A stretch of 64,000 nt of DNA from an uncultured Candidatus Saccharibacteria bacterium (GTDB lineage: Bacteria > Patescibacteriota > Saccharimonadia > Saccharimonadales > Saccharimonadaceae): assembly GCA_964618945.1 (NCBI GenBank), contig CAZUDH010000002.1:30712-94711 (forward strand). Direction: 5' to 3'. This document shows, in pieces, positions 37,514-47,193 of this stretch. The notes under the pieces are model-generated. The model saw nothing but the letters and a program-made list of their open reading frames with translations. It ran no database searches and was not told the origin of the DNA. The position numbers were made by a program, and so were the translations under genes. How positions within the stretch are numbered: the stretch's first letter is position 1; each line of letters opens with the position of its first letter.

Positions 37514-37930
37514 ATGACCGCATCAATCGCCGCCGCCTATCGGGGGGCGGCTCAGAGGATCAAGGACATCGGCTGGGTCCAGCGCACCTGGACGGGTGAC
37601 GACGGATCCGAGTGCCTTGTGCAGGCGCTCGGCAGGTGGACCGGCGTGGTCGCACAGGGTGAAGACACCACGAACCAGCTGCCGAAGGCCTACCTTCAGC
37701 CGCTGGTGACAGAGCTCGGGGTCACCCCCAAGAAGGACACTCGTCGCGGGCTAGCCGCTGCCGTGTGGGGCTGGAACGACGAAGACGGTCGCACCGTCGA
37801 GCAGGTCACGGCGTTGCTGCAGCGCGTCGCGAAGCGGCTCGAGGCCGAGGCCGAGGCCGTCTACGCGCCGAGCGCTTGGAATATCCACCTCGACACCGCC
37901 GAGAAGAAGGCCACCGCTCCGGTCGGCTGA
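37514..37930 (+). CDS. High-GC foreign gene: small protein resembling an actinobacterial/actinophage family (GW.Q...DG..C..A...WND.DGRT..EV motif pattern; possibly DUF6197)
   Basis: The ATG at 37514 gives MTASIAAAYRGAAQRIKDIGWVQRTWTGDDGSECLVQALG...VWGWNDEDGRTVEQVTALLQRV. GC content is far above the flanks: a hand count gives 45/60 G+C at 37801-37860 versus 27/60 at 38221-38280. Confidence 0.6.
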   Translation: MTASIAAAYRGAAQRIKDIGWVQRTWTGDDGSECLVQALGRWTGVVAQGEDTTNQLPKAYLQPLVTELGVTPKKDTRRGLAAAVWGWNDEDGRTVEQVTALLQRVAKRLEAEAEAVYAPSAWNIHLDTAEKKATAPVG

Positions 37931-38051
37931 AGGCTCTTCGCCATCACTGCGCACATGACAGTTCAGATGGAGGAGAAATGTATTGTTTTCGTTTCTCCTC
38001 GCGTCTGTTTGTCATGTTCGCATGGTAGCTATTCCCCAACTGGGGGTTTTT

Positions 38052-39161
38052 TTATTCCCAACGGAATACTTTGAAAGCAATGAGATAGATAGCTACCGTC
38101 CAGGCTGCCATCATTCCCAGTTGCGTGCCGAGTTGCGTGAAGTGATAGCCTTCGGTAACAATGTATCGTATGCCATCGATGACTGGTGTAAGTGGCAAGA
38201 AACTCGAGGCATTTTGTAACCACTCTGGCATCAAGAAGCGTGGGAAAAATGTTCCAGAAAGGAACATCATTGGAAACGTGACAATATTGGAAAGTGGCGC
38301 TGCTTGACGTTCGTTACTGGCCCATCCACCGATCGCGAGGCCAATTCCAAGCACCAGAACGATACTAAATGTCAAAAACAACCCCAGCTCTGCGTAATTG
38401 CCTAACACCCGCAGTTTAAAGACAGACACTGCCACAACGAACATAGTGGCAATTGAGACGAGGCCAATAATTGTTTGTGATATCGCTGTTGCGCAGAAAT
38501 ACTGCCATACCTTCAGCGGCGTCGTCGAGAGCCGGCGCATAATTCCTTGTTTTTTCAGTTCAGGGAAAACATTAACCGGCCCGAAAATACCAATACCAAG
38601 GAGGCTGAATCCAAGTAAGCCTGCAAACGTATAATCGAATTGTGTCAGTGATTTGTTTTGAAGTTGCTCACCTTTTACGCTGAATGGTTCACTCGCTTTT
38701 GTAATCTGTTGATTGATGCCTTTGAACAATCCTTCAAGAATAGTGCTTAGCGTTTGACCAGCCGTGGAATTGTTTTGCGTGTAGTAGACTTTTGCCTGTC
38801 CGCTGGGAGTTTTGCTCGTTTCATTAATAGCACCGAAGTTTTCTGGAAGCACGATCGTGGCATCAAGCTGGCTACGTGTCATTTTTTCTTTGGCCTGATC
38901 CAAATTTTTTGCTTCTGTATCTATATTGAGAGTTTTCTCTTTGCGTAAATTAGCGACAAATTCTTTTGAAAAAGCTGAGTTTGAATTATTAATTAAAGCA
39001 ACTCGGAAACTTGCTAAGTCGTTTTTACCAAAAATCCCTCCAAAAACAAAAAGAAAAATAAGTGGGAAAAGTATACCGAAGAATATTGAAAGCTTATCCC
39101 GAAAAAATCGCTTAGTGCTAATGCGTGCAAAGGTAAGGATAGTAAAAAGTGAACGTGGCAT
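38052..39161 (-). CDS. ABC-2 type transporter permease
   Basis: It has an N-terminal TM, a large extracytoplasmic loop and a C-terminal block of five TMs. It lies 1 nt downstream of the ATPase gene. Confidence 0.8.
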   Translation of the reverse strand: MPRSLFTILTFARISTKRFFRDKLSIFFGILFPLIFLFVFGGIFGKNDLASFRVALINNSNSAFSKEFVANLRKEKTLNIDTEAKNLDQAKEKMTRSQLDATIVLPENFGAINETSKTPSGQAKVYYTQNNSTAGQTLSTILEGLFKGINQQITKASEPFSVKGEQLQNKSLTQFDYTFAGLLGFSLLGIGIFGPVNVFPELKKQGIMRRLSTTPLKVWQYFCATAISQTIIGLVSIATMFVVAVSVFKLRVLGNYAELGLFLTFSIVLVLGIGLAIGGWASNERQAAPLSNIVTFPMMFLSGTFFPRFLMPEWLQNASSFLPLTPVIDGIRYIVTEGYHFTQLGTQLGMMAAWTVAIYLIAFKVFRWE

Positions 39162-39162
39162 A

Positions 39163-39918
39163 TTAATCTCGTAGTGCCTTTCCTGTTAAATCAATAAATA
39201 CGTCTTCGAGATTGGCTTGATCAACTTGCTGCTTTTTTGTAAAGCCTCGACCAAGGAGCGCCTTGATAAGATTCTTTGGTGTATCGAGTGCGACGATTTT
39301 GCCGGCATCCATCACGGCAATACGGTCACAAAGAATTTCGGCTTCATCCATGTAGTGGGTGGTCATGATGACACTGACGCCCCGATCACGGATCCGTTCG
39401 ATCATATCCCAGAGGTTACGACGGGCTTGCGGATCAAGCCCAGTGGTTGGTTCATCGAGGAAGAATACTTTTGGACCGTGTACCAGAGCCGTCGTAATGC
39501 TGAGGCGCTGCTTTTGCCCACCCGAAAGCTGTTCGACATAGTTATCAGCTTTATCTTCGAGCTCTACGTCACGGAGAAATTGCATCACATCGACTTTTTC
39601 ACCATATGCTGCAGCAAACAACTCTACGACTTCTTTTAGCTTAGTTTTATCTTGAAAAGCAGGAGCCTGGGGCTGCACGCCAATCAATCTCTTCACTGTC
39701 TCAGGGCTATCGGCAACATCAATACCGTCAATAGTAGCGCTTCCACCATCAATTGGCCGAAGCGTCTCGATCATCTCAAGGGTTGTTGTTTTTCCTGCAC
39801 CATTCGGTCCTAAAATACCAAAGATTTCACCTTTTTTGACCTGAAACGACACGCCGTCAACGACGGTTTTATCACCATATCGCTTCGTCAAGTTCTTGAC
39901 GTTTACCATGTATTTCAT
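39163..39918 (-). CDS. ABC transporter ATP-binding protein (DrrA/ABC-2 subfamily-like)
   Basis: It has Walker A GPNGAGKTT, the signature LSGGQKQRL and Walker B FFLDEPTTGLD. Confidence 0.92.
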   Translation of the reverse strand: MKYMVNVKNLTKRYGDKTVVDGVSFQVKKGEIFGILGPNGAGKTTTLEMIETLRPIDGGSATIDGIDVADSPETVKRLIGVQPQAPAFQDKTKLKEVVELFAAAYGEKVDVMQFLRDVELEDKADNYVEQLSGGQKQRLSITTALVHGPKVFFLDEPTTGLDPQARRNLWDMIERIRDRGVSVIMTTHYMDEAEILCDRIAVMDAGKIVALDTPKNLIKALLGRGFTKKQQVDQANLEDVFIDLTGKALRD

Positions 39919-40047
39919 CAGTCACAGTATAGCACTATTAGGAAAACTCATACTAAAAATGCCCCCGGCCGGGACAGCTAGGGGCAATTTTGGCACCTGT
40001 TTGTTTGTACTATTTACTGTACAGCAAACGTGCTTGTGCTTCAAGTG

Positions 40048-40254
40048 TTATTTTTTCTTCGAGACAGTCAAGAAACCGTTGCGTGGGTTTTCTTTTACAA
40101 CGCGGTCTGCTGGTAGGTCACATGGTGCACCTTTATCGTTCTTTTCTACCTTAGCAAAGAAGTAGATAGTTTGTGGTTTGCCACCACGAAGAGTTACTTC
40201 CGTCTTGTGCAGGTAGTATGTTACACCTTTCGAGTTTGTGTGCTTGTAAGCCAT
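40048..40254 (-). CDS. Small conserved hypothetical protein (68 aa)
   Basis: An AGGAGG RBS is present. The sequence is MAYKHTNSKGVTYYLHKTEVTLRGGKPQTIYFFAK... I could not name a family. Confidence 0.6.
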   Translation of the reverse strand: MAYKHTNSKGVTYYLHKTEVTLRGGKPQTIYFFAKVEKNDKGAPCDLPADRVVKENPRNGFLTVSKKK

Positions 40255-40322
40255 TTTGGTAATACCTCCTATTAGTTCTTACATCTACTACCGTAGCGCC
40301 TCTTTAGGCCCCTGTCAACAGG

Positions 40323-40949
40323 TTAAATTGAAGAATAGTGTTTTCGAAGAAGAAGTTTAAGAATGATAACACCTATCCAACGTAGTACAATTACCCCTGT
40401 TAGAATAGCAACTACAACCAGCGACCAGCCGGCAAAATCTGGGCTCCAAACAGGGCTTGCAAATTCTTGACGGTAGAGTTCGGAGTTGGGTGGGACAAAC
40501 TGTGCCGCGTTAGATGCTGCAGGATATTTTGCCTGTTCTGCTGCAACACACAAAACATATGATTGTGACCAGCCAGCAAAACGCTGCTTGCAGGTAGCAT
40601 CGGCGAGGGCAAGCGGACTCGACTGGCCAGACATTGCAGCCTCGGCAGCCTGAAAGGCTCTTTGTGTATCACGCTTGTAACTTTCTTCGAGATATACCGT
40701 TCCGCTACTAGCATTCATGTGCTCTGCCGCATAACGCTGTAGGCTATACAGATTGTTCTTTATCGCTGTTTGGTCACCCGACTTGTCGGACTGTAAAACA
40801 GCTGTTCGCCGTTCGATCATTCCATTATTATTAATGCGAAGAAGTGTTGCACTCACCATCGCTGCTATCAATAGCAAAATGAGCAGCTGCCATGTTTTCA
40901 GGCTCTGGAGTCGTTTTAAGCTATATTTTATTTGACGTTTATCGGCCAC
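40323..40949 (-). CDS. Hypothetical membrane-anchored protein
   Basis: It has an N-terminal TM (WQLLILLLIAAMVSATLL) and a C-terminal TM. Confidence 0.5.
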   Translation of the reverse strand: MADKRQIKYSLKRLQSLKTWQLLILLLIAAMVSATLLRINNNGMIERRTAVLQSDKSGDQTAIKNNLYSLQRYAAEHMNASSGTVYLEESYKRDTQRAFQAAEAAMSGQSSPLALADATCKQRFAGWSQSYVLCVAAEQAKYPAASNAAQFVPPNSELYRQEFASPVWSPDFAGWSLVVVAILTGVIVLRWIGVIILKLLLRKHYSSI

Positions 40950-40985
40950 AAATAACCCACCTTGGTTTCTATGTATCAGTATAGC

Positions 40986-42200
40986 TTATTTTTGATACAA
41001 CATGAAACGAGGAAAGCCTATGAGAACCGTAAGTGTGGCGGCAATTGCAAAGAAAGGCGCAAAACCATTTGGCCCGCCCGCTATGAGACAGCAAAGCCCA
41101 AGGATAAGTGCACCCACCATAGCGCCAGCGTTGACTGTGGTTTCTATCAAAAAGAGATAGGTGATACGAAAGCCTGATCTGTCAGCTGTATCAAACATAC
41201 CTCGGGTAAATGCCATAGCATACCCGGTGGTTGCGATTTCATTCGCTGCATTATTTGCCAGCACTCCCGCCCAACCTTGGACCGTAGGACGAAATAGGTG
41301 AGTGACCGCATTTGCTATGCTGCTAGCTACCAATAGTGCACCCCCGCCTTTTTTGTCAATTACTTTGCCGTATACAAATGCTGAGAGAAGAGACACAAAA
41401 AGTGTTAAAGACACCAATATACCGACTTTTGCATACAGCGAATTTCCTTCTCCTGCGAATACTACCAGAGCGATAAACAACGTCCACGCGCTATTAGTAG
41501 TAAAGAAGTCCACCCCTATAGCCGTTTCGGCAATTAGACTTTGTTTCGTTAATCGCCAAGGGAAGCCTTGAAATGATATTTTTTGTTTCGTTCGCACAGG
41601 TTCTTTTGTAAGTAGTAACGGCCACGCTGAAAGGAGGAAAAGTATGGCTGAAAGAACCATAGATATAATAGGGCTCCAGATTGTAGCAACCACACCACCC
41701 ACTACTGGACTAAGTCCCGTGGCTATTTTTTCAACTATGTTCATAAACCCTATTTCTTTACCAGCGTGATCTGCATGTTTTACTTTCGAGAAGTCAATTA
41801 AATAGCATAGATCATAGAGCGTTGACGAGAACCCCTGAATGACACACCATATATACAGTGCGGAAAGGCCCCAGACAGGAACAAGTGCAAGAAAGACGAC
41901 CCCGACAGCTGCCAGAACGTTGCTGTAAAGTGTCCCATGTTTTGGCCCGAAATAGGCGGCGATTTTTGCGGCCGGCCAACTCATAAATACTTTTAGGCCA
42001 TAGAATAGTGCCCAGAAAAAGCACAAGAATACTAGGTTATACCCCTCATTTAATAAAAATATCGAGGTAAATGTTGTCACAAACCGTAAGGCAAACACGC
42101 GCAGCAAGCGAGAAGCATACAACTCCGCTACTTCGTCAAAGCTAGCATAGCGCCAAAAGTGACGTCGTGCGAGGATGCGGTGAAGAATTCGTTGTAACAT
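40986..42200 (-). CDS. MFS transporter
   Basis: It is 404 aa with about 12 TMs. Confidence 0.7.
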   Translation of the reverse strand: MLQRILHRILARRHFWRYASFDEVAELYASRLLRVFALRFVTTFTSIFLLNEGYNLVFLCFFWALFYGLKVFMSWPAAKIAAYFGPKHGTLYSNVLAAVGVVFLALVPVWGLSALYIWCVIQGFSSTLYDLCYLIDFSKVKHADHAGKEIGFMNIVEKIATGLSPVVGGVVATIWSPIISMVLSAILFLLSAWPLLLTKEPVRTKQKISFQGFPWRLTKQSLIAETAIGVDFFTTNSAWTLFIALVVFAGEGNSLYAKVGILVSLTLFVSLLSAFVYGKVIDKKGGGALLVASSIANAVTHLFRPTVQGWAGVLANNAANEIATTGYAMAFTRGMFDTADRSGFRITYLFLIETTVNAGAMVGALILGLCCLIAGGPNGFAPFFAIAATLTVLIGFPRFMLYQK

Positions 42201-42240
42201 GTTTGTGTTATTTTATTTCCTGATTCATTATACTACATAT

Positions 42241-43494
42241 ATGCGCATATTTTTCTCGGGTATCGGTGGGGTTGGTATCGGTCCATTGGCACAAATTGCC
42301 ATTGATGCAGGCTACGATGTTATAGGTACGGATAGAGCACACAGCTTAATGCTTGATGAATTAGCGAAGCAAGGAGTTCACATATCAGATGACCAGTCAG
42401 GAAAATTTCTAGAGCATTCACATCATGTTAAAAAAATCGATTGGTTTGTACACACAAGCGCACTTCCTGACGATCATCCAGAGTTATGCACAGCCAAAAA
42501 GTTCGGTATAAAAACAGCTAAACGAGATGAACTGTTAGGGCATATTTTGAAGGAGAAGAACCTTAAGCTCCTTGCGGTAGCTGGTACGCATGGTAAGACT
42601 AATACAACAGGAATGTTAGTATGGTCGCTCAAGCAGCTTGGCATTCCTGTCAGTTATTCAGTCGGAACCACCTTATCTTGGGGACCAAGTGGAGCTTATG
42701 ATACGAAGAGCGAGTATTTTGTATACGAATGCGATGAGTTTGATCGGAATATGCTACATTTTTATCCGCATGCAACTATTATCACCTCACTCGACTATGA
42801 CCACCCTGATACCTACCCCACTCCATCGGAATACTTTGATGCGTTTACTGCGTTTATTCGTCAGTCAAACCATACAATTTTATGGCAGCACGACAGTGCT
42901 AAGCTCAGTGGAGTTCTCGAAAACCTATGGAGCCTACACGACAGTGAATTGCTCCCGATCCAACTACCTGGAGTTCACACCCGGCAAAATGCAACACTGG
43001 TGATAAAGCTACTAGAATTTTTAGGAGTGACGAACCAAGTAAAGAATATCTCTGTCCTTGAATCATTCCCTGGTACGAAACGTCGTTTTGAAAAACTTGC
43101 CGCCAATCTTTATACAGACTACGGTCATCACCCTGCAGAGATTGCTGCTACACTGCAGATGGCTCGTGAGATTTCTGATAATGTTGTGCTTGTATATCAA
43201 CCCCATCAAAACGTCCGCCAACATGAAGTACGAGAGCTCTATACGGACTGCATGGAACTTGCTGAGCAGATATATTGGCTACCCACGTATCTCAGTAGAG
43301 AAGATGAAAGTCTAGAAGTCCTCACTCCTAAGCAACTGACGCGCAATCTTACGAATCGATGCGATGTTACCTACTGTGACCTCAACGATGAACTATGGTC
43401 ACATATTCAAATTGAGCTTCACAAAAACCAATTGGTGCTTTGTATGGGCGCAGGCTCTATAGATAGCTGGCTCCGTGAGAAGCTAGCGCTATAA
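42241..43494 (+). CDS. Mur ligase family protein, MurC/Mpl-like
   Basis: It shows IFFSGIGGVGIGPLAQIAIDAGYDVIGTD (MurC N-terminal Rossmann) and AVAGTHGKTNTTGML (Mur ligase P-loop). The ATG at 42241 is used. Confidence 0.8.
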   Translation: MRIFFSGIGGVGIGPLAQIAIDAGYDVIGTDRAHSLMLDELAKQGVHISDDQSGKFLEHSHHVKKIDWFVHTSALPDDHPELCTAKKFGIKTAKRDELLGHILKEKNLKLLAVAGTHGKTNTTGMLVWSLKQLGIPVSYSVGTTLSWGPSGAYDTKSEYFVYECDEFDRNMLHFYPHATIITSLDYDHPDTYPTPSEYFDAFTAFIRQSNHTILWQHDSAKLSGVLENLWSLHDSELLPIQLPGVHTRQNATLVIKLLEFLGVTNQVKNISVLESFPGTKRRFEKLAANLYTDYGHHPAEIAATLQMAREISDNVVLVYQPHQNVRQHEVRELYTDCMELAEQIYWLPTYLSREDESLEVLTPKQLTRNLTNRCDVTYCDLNDELWSHIQIELHKNQLVLCMGAGSIDSWLREKLAL

Positions 43495-43566
43495 GCAGTG
43501 CGTACGATCCGCTATGTATTTGACGAAAACAATCTTCTTAGTTAGGCTTAAAGCATAAGGGGGAAA

Positions 43567-45093
43567 ATGAACTATCGAATCATCGCTTTAGCGCTAACAT
43601 TATTCGGGCTTTTAGGTAGTATCGCCTCATCTTCTGCTGTGCTGGCCACAGACAAAAGTGATCTTTGTAGTGGCGTTAATAGCACAACTGCAAATAAAAA
43701 CTGTGGAACTGAAAACGGTCAGGCGGCACTGCCAAAAAACCTACAACTCATTACTAATGTTCTTTTGTTTATTGTCGGTGCTGCCGCAGTTATTGTAATT
43801 ATTATCGGCGGAATACGCTTCACAACAAGTGGCGGTGATTCTACAGCTGTAGAATCGGCAAGGAAGATGATTTTGTACGCGGCTATTGGACTCGTCGTCG
43901 CAATACTAGCATTTGCGATTACGAACTTTATACTCTCGAATATGACAGCGAAGGGCGTGGCGGCTGATAAAGTTACTACGGCGTATAATTATCGCGATGA
44001 ACTCTATAAAAAACTTCAGGACGCGCAGACTGCACTTGATGTCGCGAATGAAAATGGCGATCCTGACGCCATTACAAAGGCGCAGGCAGCGTATGACAAA
44101 ATACTGAAGGAATACGAAGCAGCACAAGATAATGTTGACACTGCAATAGATGAAGCTGAAGAAATAGGTGCAGATATCCCTGATGATCCGATTGTTAATG
44201 ATAACAATACCGATGACAATGTTGGTGGCGATGATTCGAGTACCGATCCTGACCCAAACCAAGGCGATGACGGTGATAATAACGATAACGGTGGTGGCTC
44301 TGATCAAGTTCCGACTGATGTAAAAGTTTCAAAGGCTTTAGTTGTCGTTGTCGAGAATCACTCATACGACCAAATGAAAAACAATATGAGATATACCTTT
44401 CGTCTTGCCGAAAAATTTGGATATGCAACAAATTACCGTGCGCTCACGCACCCTTCGCTGCCTAACTACATTGCCATGGCCACCGGAAGTATGCAAGGCA
44501 TTACCGACGATGCTGCACCGCAATCAAATGGCTTTAGCGCTGGAACAGTGTTTGGTCAAGCAATCAAGCGCGGCAAAACTGCGAAACTTTATGCCGAAAG
44601 CATGGCCAAAAATTGCCAATTGGTAAATAGCGGACGCTACGTGGTTCGTCATAATCCTTGGGCATATTCCACTTCAGAGTATGAAATGTGCAAGAAGCAC
44701 GCCGTGGCAACCGACGAATTCCATGACGATGCTGCTAACGGCGACCTGCCAAACGTCGGAATGCTTATTCCAAACAACTGCAACAATGGACACGATTGCT
44801 CGCTCTCAATAGCCGATGATTGGATAAAAAGTAAAATGGGAGCGATATTCGACGGCGAAGACTGGAAGGCTGGAGGCTTAGCGGTCATTATAACTGCTGA
44901 CGAAGATGATAAAGTTGGTACAAATGATGTTTTGACAGTTGTGATTCATCCATCCGTAAAAAACAAAGTTCGTGGTTGTGGACTAAACCACTACTCAATC
45001 ACAAGGTTCTATGCAGAAGTAATTGGGGCAAATCCTCTTGGCGCTGGTAGCGGTGCGGGGTCAATTTCAAACTGCTTTGGCCTTAAAGTGTAG
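43567..45093 (+). CDS. Fusion: T4SS-pilin-like (TrbC/VirB2-type) two-TM N-terminal module, coiled coil, D/N-rich linker and phosphoesterase (PLC/acid phosphatase AcpA family) domain
   Basis: The N-terminus has a signal/TM followed by LQLITNVLLFIVGAAAVIVIIIGGIRFTTSGGDS..ARKMILYAAIGLVVAILAFAITNFIL. The linker is DDPIVNDNNTDDNVGGDDSSTDPDPNQGDDGDNNDNGGG. The C-terminus has VVVVENHSYDQM, HPSLPNYIAMATGS, RHNPWAY, NNGHDCS and ITADEDD. Confidence 0.75.
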   Translation: MNYRIIALALTLFGLLGSIASSSAVLATDKSDLCSGVNSTTANKNCGTENGQAALPKNLQLITNVLLFIVGAAAVIVIIIGGIRFTTSGGDSTAVESARKMILYAAIGLVVAILAFAITNFILSNMTAKGVAADKVTTAYNYRDELYKKLQDAQTALDVANENGDPDAITKAQAAYDKILKEYEAAQDNVDTAIDEAEEIGADIPDDPIVNDNNTDDNVGGDDSSTDPDPNQGDDGDNNDNGGGSDQVPTDVKVSKALVVVVENHSYDQMKNNMRYTFRLAEKFGYATNYRALTHPSLPNYIAMATGSMQGITDDAAPQSNGFSAGTVFGQAIKRGKTAKLYAESMAKNCQLVNSGRYVVRHNPWAYSTSEYEMCKKHAVATDEFHDDAANGDLPNVGMLIPNNCNNGHDCSLSIADDWIKSKMGAIFDGEDWKAGGLAVIITADEDDKVGTNDVLTVVIHPSVKNKVRGCGLNHYSITRFYAEVIGANPLGAGSGAGSISNCFGLKV

Positions 45094-45733
45094 TATGACG
45101 CACAGATGCTTGGACACACCCGATAGGTTTTTGTTCACTCGTCCACCGCTGTTCGTACGTGGTCATAATTTTGTATTCCTCGGAGAGCGTACTCTCATGC
45201 AGATCAAATGCTAGTTCATTCAGTACCCACCCGCTTGTTACTAGTTGCTCAATGCTCCAGCAGAAAAAATCTTGGTCATCGTGCTTTATGTATAGCCTGC
45301 CATTTGGAGCTAAGAGCGTTTTATATACTGTAAGAAAATACGGATGGGTCATCCGTCGCCTTTCGCTACGACGTTTTGGGAAAGGATCGGGAAACGTGAT
45401 CCAAATTTTTTCAACAGTGTGTTTTGTAATACAATCTGTGAGCTGGTCTGCCCGTGCACGAACGAAATAGACATTTTTTACCCCTTCTTCGAGTGCTCTA
45501 TACGCGCCTTTTTGCAAACGATCTGCCTTCACGTCTACCGCAACGATAACTTTGTTTGGATAACGCTTCGCTAGCTCAACGGCAAATAGCCCTGTACCTG
45601 CCGCGACCTCTAAAATATCAGCACCCCTTTTGTTCCACTCCTCATATTCATAGCAATTTTTTGCATTAGCAAACTTTGCAAACTTATATTTTTTGCGTTT
45701 TCGAGTAATAATATAATCATCCGGGTTCATCAA
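45083..45733 (-). CDS. trmB: tRNA (guanine46-N7)-methyltransferase TrmB
   Basis: It has the SAM motif LEVAAGTGLFAVELAKRYP and ITFPDPFPKRRSERRR. Confidence 0.85.
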   Translation of the reverse strand: MMNPDDYIITRKRKKYKFAKFANAKNCYEYEEWNKRGADILEVAAGTGLFAVELAKRYPNKVIVAVDVKADRLQKGAYRALEEGVKNVYFVRARADQLTDCITKHTVEKIWITFPDPFPKRRSERRRMTHPYFLTVYKTLLAPNGRLYIKHDDQDFFCWSIEQLVTSGWVLNELAFDLHESTLSEEYKIMTTYEQRWTSEQKPIGCVQASVRHTTL

Positions 45734-46284
45734 CGTAGCTGCTCGATAGTAGTATGATCGGTGACCCTAAGAATTCGAGATGGAGCGACATTCAGAACTT
45801 CTCCTCCGTCAACATAAAAATCAACATCGCTACCAAAATACTTTACTGCTTGGGCTACCGTTACTGCTGGTGGTTTTCCTTGAGGATTGGCACTCGGCGC
45901 AATAAGCGGCCCCGTTTGTTCTAGCAAGGTTTGCAAATACGAACTATCTGGAAGACGGTAGGCGACTGAATTGTTTTCTCTACGAATCCATTTGGGTGCG
46001 CGAATACTTGGAATGATTACACTTACAGGACCGGGCCAATACTTGATAAGCACAGTCCCTACGAACGGCGACGGACTATCAAACAGCTGCTCGTTGTTTG
46101 CTACAAGAACAATAGGAGACTTATAGTTGTCCCGTCCTTTAAGCGCGTAGATTCGCTCTACTGAGGCTTTATTCGTAGCCACACAAACAATTCCATACAA
46201 TGTATCTGTCCTAATAACGCCAATCGCTCCAGCTTGTAGCATCGACACAATCTGCGGATCATTTATATCTGTAAATACCTTCAT
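45730..46284 (-). CDS. tsaC: L-threonylcarbamoyladenylate synthase (TsaC/YrdC/Sua5 family)
   Basis: It shows IRTDTLYGIVC, VAYRLP and APSANPQGKPPA. The ATG at 46284 is preferred over the long N-terminal extension. Confidence 0.85.
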   Translation of the reverse strand: MKVFTDINDPQIVSMLQAGAIGVIRTDTLYGIVCVATNKASVERIYALKGRDNYKSPIVLVANNEQLFDSPSPFVGTVLIKYWPGPVSVIIPSIRAPKWIRRENNSVAYRLPDSSYLQTLLEQTGPLIAPSANPQGKPPAVTVAQAVKYFGSDVDFYVDGGEVLNVAPSRILRVTDHTTIEQLR

Positions 46285-46306
46285 GTCACGTGCTATACTA
46301 CCACAT

Positions 46307-47191
46307 ATGGATATATTCAAAAACCAAAAAATCGTCACTGAAGTAAATAATTGGCTAACTGAGAAATGGTTCGCCCTACTAGCAGTTATTATTATTGGTT
46401 GGCTAGCATACTTCATCGGCGCGAAATTAATCCACTTACTCTTGAAGCGTTTGATAAAAATTGGTCGGGGTCATGTCTGGCACCAGCGCGATATTGAAAA
46501 ACGTCAAAAGACTCTCGAAGATTTATTTATTAGTATTTGGCGAATTGTCGTGTTCTTCACGATGCTATACGCTATTTTACGAGTATTTATCCCAGATATA
46601 TCCACCACTCTCGCACCGCTCTTCGCCAGTGCTGGAATCATTGGGGTAGCGCTTGGATTTGGTGCACAGTCACTTATTAAAGATTTCTTGAGTGGCATAT
46701 TTATTATTTCTGAAAATCAATATCGTGTTGGCGACATTGTCGAAATTGAGGGCTTCAGCGGAACCGTCGAACGGATTGGGACACGTTCAACCATGCTACG
46801 GGATGTGAATGGGAACGTTCACTACTTCCCTAATGGGATGGTGCAGCACGTTATCAATAAAACGATGGGGTATAGCATGGCACGATTTACGGTAAATGTT
46901 CATCCGGACAGTGACGTTGACCGAGTGACAGAACTCGTTGACCGCGTTGGTATTGAGCTCAGCGAAAAAGAGGAGTGGCAAAAGAAAATCTTGAGCCCAC
47001 CAGCTTTTGTTTCTGTCGGTGAAATAACGGGAAATTCAATTGAAATTATTATTGCCGGCAAGACGCAACCCTCTGACCAGTGGAGTGTGATTGCCGAAAT
47101 GCGCAAACAGTTGCTTGAGGAGTTTGAGCGAAATAAAATCCGCCTGGCAGTTATGCCAACGCCTCCCCAAACTGGGTCAAAAAAGAAATAG
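46307..47191 (+). CDS. Small-conductance mechanosensitive channel (MscS family)
   Basis: It has three TMs followed by FIISENQYRVGDIVEIEGFSGTVERIGTRSTMLRDVNGNVHYFPNG. Confidence 0.8.
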   Translation: MDIFKNQKIVTEVNNWLTEKWFALLAVIIIGWLAYFIGAKLIHLLLKRLIKIGRGHVWHQRDIEKRQKTLEDLFISIWRIVVFFTMLYAILRVFIPDISTTLAPLFASAGIIGVALGFGAQSLIKDFLSGIFIISENQYRVGDIVEIEGFSGTVERIGTRSTMLRDVNGNVHYFPNGMVQHVINKTMGYSMARFTVNVHPDSDVDRVTELVDRVGIELSEKEEWQKKILSPPAFVSVGEITGNSIEIIIAGKTQPSDQWSVIAEMRKQLLEEFERNKIRLAVMPTPPQTGSKKK

Positions 47192-47193
47192 TG

